The notes under the pieces are model-generated. The model made no database searches and was not told the origin of the DNA. It was given only the letters and a program-made list of their open reading frames with translations. Shown here piece after piece: positions 26,404 through 32,000 of a stretch of DNA of 32,000 nucleotides. Origin of the DNA: Caedibacter taeniospiralis (lineage in GTDB: Bacteria; Pseudomonadota; Gammaproteobacteria; Francisellales; Francisellaceae); contig NZ_PGGB02000003.1 in assembly GCF_002803295.2 (NCBI RefSeq), positions 210 through 32,209 of the forward strand, in the 5' to 3' direction. The first letter of the stretch is position 1, and the number at the start of each line of letters is the position of its first letter. The position numbers were made by a program, and so were the translations under genes.

Positions 26404-27210
26404 ATGAATCTACAGTCTTACATAAAACAGCTCAGGAAATATGGGAAACGAGCCTTCACGATTGAAGAGATTTTGGAAGAATTCAAAGTATCTCGCAATT
26501 ATGCCAGGGTGGCTTTATATCGCCTTATTCAAAGTGGCGACCTTGTCTCCCCGGCTAAAGCTTTTTATGTCATCGTGCCTCCTGAATATCAAACATACGG
26601 TTGTATACCCGCAGAACAACTTATTCCCATACTCATGAAGCATCTAAATACCGATTATTATGTTGCCCTATTATCAGCAGGGTTGTTTCATGGAGCAACC
26701 CATCAAAAACCCGCTAGGTTCCAAGTCATGTTGAATAAAAGGATGAGCGGTAATTTGGTTTTTGGTGATGTTGAAATAGAGTTTATTTACAAAAATTCAC
26801 TCTCTGGGCTTCCAACTCAAGATTTCGTTGTGGATACTGGCTATCTTAAAGTTGCATCACCTGAGCTCACTGCAATCGACTTACTTAATTACCCCTCTCA
26901 TGCGGGCGGGCTTAACCACATAGCAACCGTTTTTTCTGAATTAGCTGAAGCTATAAATTCGGAAAAATTGATAGAACTTGCCGAAAAGATCAATGCCAGA
27001 TACCAATTACAACGTATTGGTTATATTTTAGAGAAAATTGATGTCATGGATGAAGATAAAAAAGCTCAAATCATCGAGGCTTTAGAAGCTTTTTTAAAGG
27101 GAAAAATGAAATATTACATACCCATCGCTTCTGAAATAGAAAAAATGGGTTACCCGAGATCCAAACGATGGAAAATAATAGAAAATACTGAAGTAGAGAG
27201 CGATTTATGA
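26404..27210 (+). CDS. abiEi: AbiEi-family type IV toxin-antitoxin antitoxin / transcriptional regulator
   Basis: 268 aa. N-terminal wHTH-like FTIEEILEEFKVSRNYARVALYRLIQSGDLV. Typical AbiEi length. ATGA overlap with the downstream AbiEii gene. Confidence 0.8.
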   Translation: MNLQSYIKQLRKYGKRAFTIEEILEEFKVSRNYARVALYRLIQSGDLVSPAKAFYVIVPPEYQTYGCIPAEQLIPILMKHLNTDYYVALLSAGLFHGATHQKPARFQVMLNKRMSGNLVFGDVEIEFIYKNSLSGLPTQDFVVDTGYLKVASPELTAIDLLNYPSHAGGLNHIATVFSELAEAINSEKLIELAEKINARYQLQRIGYILEKIDVMDEDKKAQIIEALEAFLKGKMKYYIPIASEIEKMGYPRSKRWKIIENTEVESDL

Positions 27211-27992
27211 TCCCAAATATTTTTATACAAAATTGGTCTAATCATGTTAAATGGCAAACACCAGCCCAAATTGAACAAGATCTCATTATAAGCAGAGCGT
27301 TAGTAGATTTGTACAACGATCCACACATCAAAGACGCTTTAGTTTTCCGCGGCGGTACGGCGCTCAACAAATTATTTATTAACCCGCCGTCTAGGTATAG
27401 CGAAGATATCGATTTCGTGCAGAAAAACGCTGATCCAATCGGCCAAACAATTAATGCGATTCGTGAGGTGCTCAAACCATGGTTAGGTGAACCAAAATGG
27501 AAAATTACTCAAAGAAGTGCAAAGCTAATTTACAAATACGAATCCATAAACAAGTCTGCATCAAAACTAAAAATCGAAATAAATACGACTGAACATTTTC
27601 AAGTGCTGCCCTTAAAAAAGGTTCCTTTCTCTATGGATTCAGATTGGTTCAAGGGGACGGCGGATATTATTACTTACGAAATGGATGAGCTGATGGCGAC
27701 TAAGTTACGCGCTCTTTATCAGCGTCGCAAAGGGCGGGACTTATTTGATGTATGGTATGTGGCAGATCGCAATTTAATCAACTTGAATCGAGTTTTTGAT
27801 ATTTTTCATCAGTATTGCACTTATAACGATTTGAAGATCACAGGCGAAGAATTTTTACAGAATCTTCAGCTTAAAAAGGATCATCGTGACTTTCATATGG
27901 ATATGAGTGTTTTATTGCCATCGAAATTGCATTGGAATTTCGAAGAAGCCTATCAATTCGTTGTAGATAACGTCATTAGCAGGCTGCCGTAA
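27207..27992 (+). CDS. abiEii: AbiEii/AbiGii-family nucleotidyltransferase toxin (DUF1814)
   Basis: FRGGTALNKLF...RYSEDIDFV NTase motif and later KLRALYQRRKGRDLFDVWY. 261 aa. Confidence 0.85.
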   Translation: MIPNIFIQNWSNHVKWQTPAQIEQDLIISRALVDLYNDPHIKDALVFRGGTALNKLFINPPSRYSEDIDFVQKNADPIGQTINAIREVLKPWLGEPKWKITQRSAKLIYKYESINKSASKLKIEINTTEHFQVLPLKKVPFSMDSDWFKGTADIITYEMDELMATKLRALYQRRKGRDLFDVWYVADRNLINLNRVFDIFHQYCTYNDLKITGEEFLQNLQLKKDHRDFHMDMSVLLPSKLHWNFEEAYQFVVDNVISRLP

Positions 27993-28098
27993 ATGCAAAG
28001 AATCAAACAGTACAGCAAGGTCTCAACAAGCCTCGCATGCCTGAGTAATGAGAAACTAAGAAAGATTTTGGCAGATAGCAATCTGAGAGGCCACAAAA

Positions 28099-28992
28099 AT
28101 GGACATTAAAATTGAGACTAAACGTCTATCATTACGTTTATTGACTAAAAATGATCTTGATAATTTACAAAAATTAAACGCAGATCCAGATGTAAGGGCA
28201 TTTTTTCCAGACGGAACACAAAACAGGGAACAAACAAAGAAAAGGATGCTGGAGCTAATCAATAACTATAAGGACCATAAATTACCCGGCTTCATAATAT
28301 TAGAAAAAGAATCCCAGACTTTTTTAGGACGTTGTGGTTTCTCATTGTTAGAAAATAATGAAGTAGAAGTCGGGTATTTGCTGCATAAAAATTATTGGGG
28401 CAAAGGGTATGCTACTGAAGCTTTAAATACATTGCTTAATTGGGCGAAGAAAAATATTAACCGACATTATATTATAGCATTTGCTCCCACACCGCACGTT
28501 GCATCACAGCGTGTAATGGAGAAGTGCGGTATGATTTTATATAAAACTGATATTGCCCATGGAGTGGAATGCAAATTCTATAAAATTAAAAATACTCAAA
28601 TCAAAGCACGCATAAGTCATGTAGCACTTTTGATAACAGACTTAAAAAAAGCAAAGCATTTTTATGGCAATATCTTAGGACTCTCTGAACTAAAACGACC
28701 ACCATTTTTTATTAAAGGACTCTGGTATGATTTGGGTGACCTTGAATTACACCTTATGCTTTATGAGCAAGCAGAACAACCTCAAGTACACCCCTTAAAT
28801 GAAACCGTGCAAGCGCATTTTGCCCTATCCATGCCAGAGCTTCAGTTAAACATAATTTTGGAAAAATTAAAAACCGCTGGTATAGAACTGATTACAGAGC
28901 CGTCCCTATCACCTGCAGGGGTATTGCAGGTTTTCTTTTACGATTTTGACAAAAATATGATTGAGCTTAATAATGAACCGGAGACAACATGA
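28099..28992 (+). CDS. RimJ/RimL-like GNAT acetyltransferase fused to a VOC (glyoxalase/bleomycin-resistance) domain
   Basis: N-terminal IETKRLSLRLLTKNDLDNL...YWGKGYATEAL...ASQRVMEKCGM (Acetyltransf_3-like). C-terminal ISHVALLITDLKKAKHFYGNILGL...ELHLM...HFAL...MIELN (VOC-like). Confidence 0.75.
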   Translation: MDIKIETKRLSLRLLTKNDLDNLQKLNADPDVRAFFPDGTQNREQTKKRMLELINNYKDHKLPGFIILEKESQTFLGRCGFSLLENNEVEVGYLLHKNYWGKGYATEALNTLLNWAKKNINRHYIIAFAPTPHVASQRVMEKCGMILYKTDIAHGVECKFYKIKNTQIKARISHVALLITDLKKAKHFYGNILGLSELKRPPFFIKGLWYDLGDLELHLMLYEQAEQPQVHPLNETVQAHFALSMPELQLNIILEKLKTAGIELITEPSLSPAGVLQVFFYDFDKNMIELNNEPETT

Positions 28993-29558
28993 CCATCATT
29001 ATTGAAACAGAAAGGCTTATTTTAAGAACTTGGAAAGAAGAGGATGCGGATGGCTATTTTCAAATCAACCAAGATCCAAAAGTGATCGAGTTTTTACGTG
29101 GACCATTGATGATGGAGCAAGTGAATGATTTTATCCCTGCGGTTAATAATCATCAAGATAAACACGGTTACACATTATGGGCAGCCTGCCTGAAGAAAAC
29201 TGGTGAATTGATAGGCTTTATCGGTCTAAATTACACTAATTTTGAATCACATTTTACTCCTGCAGTTGAAGTAGGTTGGCGTTTAGGATCGCAATATTGG
29301 GGTAAAGGCTTTGCCACGGAGGGAGCTAAAGCTTCCTTGGAATATGGGTTTAAACAGTGCGGTCTTAAAGAAATTGTTTCTTTTACCGTGCCAGCTAATA
29401 TTCGCTCTATTAGGGTTATGGAAAAAATAGGATTAAAACGTGATTTAAATGGCGATTTTGCTCATCCTAAATTAGCTGCGGATCATCCTTTATCACAACA
29501 TATTTTATATCGCTTGAATGTGGATGAATATTTGAAATTAAATCAACATATTTTATGA
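28989..29558 (+). CDS. RimJ/RimL-like GNAT acetyltransferase
   Basis: IIETERLILRTWKEEDADGYF...YWGKGFATEGA...RSIRVMEKIGL. ATGA overlap with the preceding gene. Confidence 0.8.
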   Translation: MTIIIETERLILRTWKEEDADGYFQINQDPKVIEFLRGPLMMEQVNDFIPAVNNHQDKHGYTLWAACLKKTGELIGFIGLNYTNFESHFTPAVEVGWRLGSQYWGKGFATEGAKASLEYGFKQCGLKEIVSFTVPANIRSIRVMEKIGLKRDLNGDFAHPKLAADHPLSQHILYRLNVDEYLKLNQHIL

Positions 29559-29587
29559 GAACATTTGAGCAAAACATCATTTTATAG

Positions 29588-29663
29588 GCTATCAAATTGG
29601 CTAATGACAATGACTATTTTGTTTGAGTCGAGATTTTATCTAAGCTATCAAATTTAGGCTAAT
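29588..29663. repeat. Direct repeat GCTATCAAATT(TA)GGCTAAT, two copies
   Basis: 29588-29605 and 29644-29663 are identical apart from a 2-nt insertion. The second copy overlaps the response-regulator stop codon. Confidence 0.7.
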
Positions 29664-30324
29664 CTTGTGATTTTTGAACAATATATCCAACCCCACGCAA
29701 GGTTTTAATGTATTTGCTCTGAATTTTTTTACGTAAGTTATGGATATGCACTTCTAAGGTATTTGAGTCAACTTCCTCGTCCCAGCCATAAAGTTTCTCA
29801 AGGAGCTTCGTTTTTGAAACAACCTTGCCTGCGTTTTCTAATAGACACTCTAATAGCGCAAACTCACGCCTTGATAACTTAATAAATTCACCATTTACCG
29901 TTAGTGTTTGTGCGGCGGGATCCAGCTCTAATGATTCAAATTTTATTTTAGGCTCAGCTCTACCCGCTGAACGGCGCACCAATGCTCGCATCCTTGCCAA
30001 AAGCTCCGACAGATCAAATGGCTTTGTTAAGTAATCATCTGCTCCTGAATCAAGACCTCGTACACGATCACCAACTGCATCTCGTGCGGTTAGTAATAAC
30101 ACAGGCACTGCATTTCCCTTGGCACGAATGCTCCTTACAATGGCGATCCCATCTTTAGATGGCAAACCGATATCCATCACTACCGCATCATAAGGTTCAG
30201 TATCTAAGGCAAGTTCAGCCATTTTTCCATCCTGCATTAAGTCTACAGCGTAGTTATGCTGTTTTAAACCTTCAACGATCCCCTCACCTAACATGACATC
30301 ATCTTCAGCCACCAATATGCGCAT
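29659..30324 (-). CDS. OmpR/PhoB-family response regulator (QseB/PmrA-like), no adjacent sensor kinase
   Basis: Receiver domain MRILVAEDD...VVMDIGLP...LLLTARD...KPF. C-terminal winged helix ...TLEVHIHNLRKKI...IKTLRGVGY. Confidence 0.9.
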   Translation of the reverse strand: MRILVAEDDVMLGEGIVEGLKQHNYAVDLMQDGKMAELALDTEPYDAVVMDIGLPSKDGIAIVRSIRAKGNAVPVLLLTARDAVGDRVRGLDSGADDYLTKPFDLSELLARMRALVRRSAGRAEPKIKFESLELDPAAQTLTVNGEFIKLSRREFALLECLLENAGKVVSKTKLLEKLYGWDEEVDSNTLEVHIHNLRKKIQSKYIKTLRGVGYIVQKSQD

Positions 30325-30373
30325 TATTACTCCAATCTACTATGATTCTGCTCTATAAGCTAATAGCACTACC

Positions 30374-31999
30374 TTAAGCAATGTATGCCAACAACCCTTT
30401 GGTTGAGCTGTCATAATTGTCATGAGAAAAAACACCCTTTTGCAAACTCTCTAAGATAGGCTTGCTTAACGCTTTTCCCAGCTCAACCCCCCATTGGTCA
30501 AAACTATTAATCCCCCAAGTGACTCCTTGAACAAATATTTTATGCTCATACAAAGCGATCAACTCGCCCAGGGCATATGGCGTTAATTCATCCATAATGA
30601 TGGTATTGCTTGGCTTGTTACCTGCAATGACCTTTTGTGCTGCCAATGTACTGATCTCATTTTCATTGACTCCAGCACTTTTTAATTCCTGCACAACAGA
30701 TGCTAAGGTTTTGCCCTGCATCAATGCTTGAGATTGCGCTAAACAGTTTGCCAGTAACGCTTGTTGATGGTCTTTTAATCCGTGGTGTGGTTTCTTAATT
30801 GCAATGAAATCAACGGGGATAGTAATATTGCCTTGATGCAGAAGTTGATGAAAAGCGTGCTGCCCATTGGTGCCAATACCACCCCATAACACAACCCCTG
30901 TCTGCTCATGACTTAAAACCCCCTCTTTTTTACAAGACTTTCCATTGCTTTCCATGTCGGCTTGCTGTAAATAATCAACCAGGTAACGCAACCTATCATC
31001 ATAGGCTAAAATCGCCTGTGATTGCGTATGATAAAAGTTACTATACAAAATAGCGGTCATTGCCAAAATCACCGGCATGTTTTGTTTTAGTGGTGCCGTT
31101 TTAAAGTGTTCATCCATAGCATGCGCACCCTTTAGCAAGTCTTCAAAAGCACTATAACCCACGGCAAAAACAATCGCCATTCCGATGGAGGACCATAGTG
31201 AATATCGACCGCCAACCCAACCCCACATTTCAAAGCAGTTTTGCAAGTCAATCCCAAAAGCTTTTACTTTGTCTAATGCGCTTGAAACGGCAACAAAGTG
31301 TCTTGCAATCGCTTTTTCATCCCCGTAATAGTCCAAAAGCCAGCGCCGCGCTGTCATTGCATTCATGAGCGTTTCCTGTGTTGTAAATGATTTTGAGGCA
31401 ACGATAAACAGGGTTGTTTCAGGATTCACTTGATTTAAAACACTCAAAACAGACACTGCATCGACATTTGACACAAAATGCACACGTGTTTTATTAAGGT
31501 GATATGGTCGCAAGGCTTCAACTGCCATCTTGGGTCCCAAATCAGATCCCCCAATACCGATATTGACGACATCTGTTATTGTTTTACCCGAAAATCCACA
31601 CCAACGTCCCTCATGCACATCGTCCACTAACTGTTTAACACGCTGACGCTCCGATTCAATTTCAGATTTTACATTTGCGCCGTCAACACAGACTTCTTGA
31701 TGCGAAAAATCTCGCAAAGCCGTATGCAATACCGCACGATGTTCACTGCTATTAATTTTGTTGCCTGCAAACATTTTATCCCTTAGTTTTTCAACTTTTG
31801 CATCAATTGCTAAGGCAAAAAGTTCATGCAAAATATCCTCGGTTATTTTGTTCTTTGAGTAATCCAATAAAAGTGTTCCAACTTTCAAATGATATTTTTG
31901 AAAGCGCTGACTATCTTCATCAAATAGATTTTGAATGTGCAAATTTGAATATTTATTGATAAGTAAATCCTGCAATCTTTGTCTAATATGCTGATTCAT
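30374..31999 (-). CDS. pgi: Glucose-6-phosphate isomerase
   Basis: 541 aa, complete (ATG 31999). PGI blocks [30 protein letters not shown] and [15 protein letters not shown]. Confidence 0.95.
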   Translation of the reverse strand: MNQHIRQRLQDLLINKYSNLHIQNLFDEDSQRFQKYHLKVGTLLLDYSKNKITEDILHELFALAIDAKVEKLRDKMFAGNKINSSEHRAVLHTALRDFSHQEVCVDGANVKSEIESERQRVKQLVDDVHEGRWCGFSGKTITDVVNIGIGGSDLGPKMAVEALRPYHLNKTRVHFVSNVDAVSVLSVLNQVNPETTLFIVASKSFTTQETLMNAMTARRWLLDYYGDEKAIARHFVAVSSALDKVKAFGIDLQNCFEMWGWVGGRYSLWSSIGMAIVFAVGYSAFEDLLKGAHAMDEHFKTAPLKQNMPVILAMTAILYSNFYHTQSQAILAYDDRLRYLVDYLQQADMESNGKSCKKEGVLSHEQTGVVLWGGIGTNGQHAFHQLLHQGNITIPVDFIAIKKPHHGLKDHQQALLANCLAQSQALMQGKTLASVVQELKSAGVNENEISTLAAQKVIAGNKPSNTIIMDELTPYALGELIALYEHKIFVQGVTWGINSFDQWGVELGKALSKPILESLQKGVFSHDNYDSSTKGLLAYIA

Positions 32000-32000
32000 G

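Noticed and set aside
26120-26407. 95-aa ORF (TTG start) upstream of abiEi with repeats CPYNYSICNLSHM / CGYNYIISNYTYM / CSYNYTICNFGSM
   Set aside because: Not called as a CDS. The repeated peptide arises from palindromic DNA modules (TTACA-N5-TGTAA, CATG boxes), and differences between copies are not biased to synonymous positions. There is no ATG start or SD. It is kept only as an alternative hypothesis in the finding, because the 93-bp period is a multiple of three and the stop overlaps the abiEi ATG.

Overview
AT-rich gammaproteobacterial chromosome segment. Gene content (GDSL lipase, APH(9)-like kinase, many GNATs) suggests a Legionella-like organism, but that is inference only. Housekeeping genes fill about 1-21.5 kb, almost all on the minus strand: rplI-rpsR-rpsF, tRNA-Val(UAC), rpoZ, hemH, a DUF2797 gene, queC, divergent queD-queE, sucB-sucA-sdhB-sdhA-sdhD-sdhC, holC, yjdM, purK and ligA. 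pgi and an OmpR-type response regulator sit at the right edge. Three parts look accessory. (1) A ~1.45 kb insert lies between purK and ligA. It carries a DUF559 endonuclease gene exactly framed by 53-bp composite inverted repeats, plus a very AT-rich orphan ORF with a HEPN-like R-x5-H motif. (2) An ~8 kb block (21.6-29.6 kb) encodes six GNAT domains (one frameshifted), two APH-fold kinases, a P-loop kinase-GNAT fusion and a GNAT-VOC fusion. An AbiEi/AbiEii type IV toxin-antitoxin pair sits in its middle. (3) Two long structured intergenic regions. The most unusual signal is the 370-bp abiEi leader, which holds five in-register 41-bp palindromic modules, three of them at an exact 93-bp period. 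The queC/queD intergenic region (508 bp) holds a 15-bp-stem hairpin, a twice-repeated perfect 18-bp palindrome and a ~195-bp MITE-like foldback. The preQ0 genes also look atypical by manual alignment: QueC lacks its Zn cysteines, QueD reads C-x3-HGY, and QueE has CX3CX8C spacing. No CRISPR array, rRNA, integrase or transposase gene was seen.
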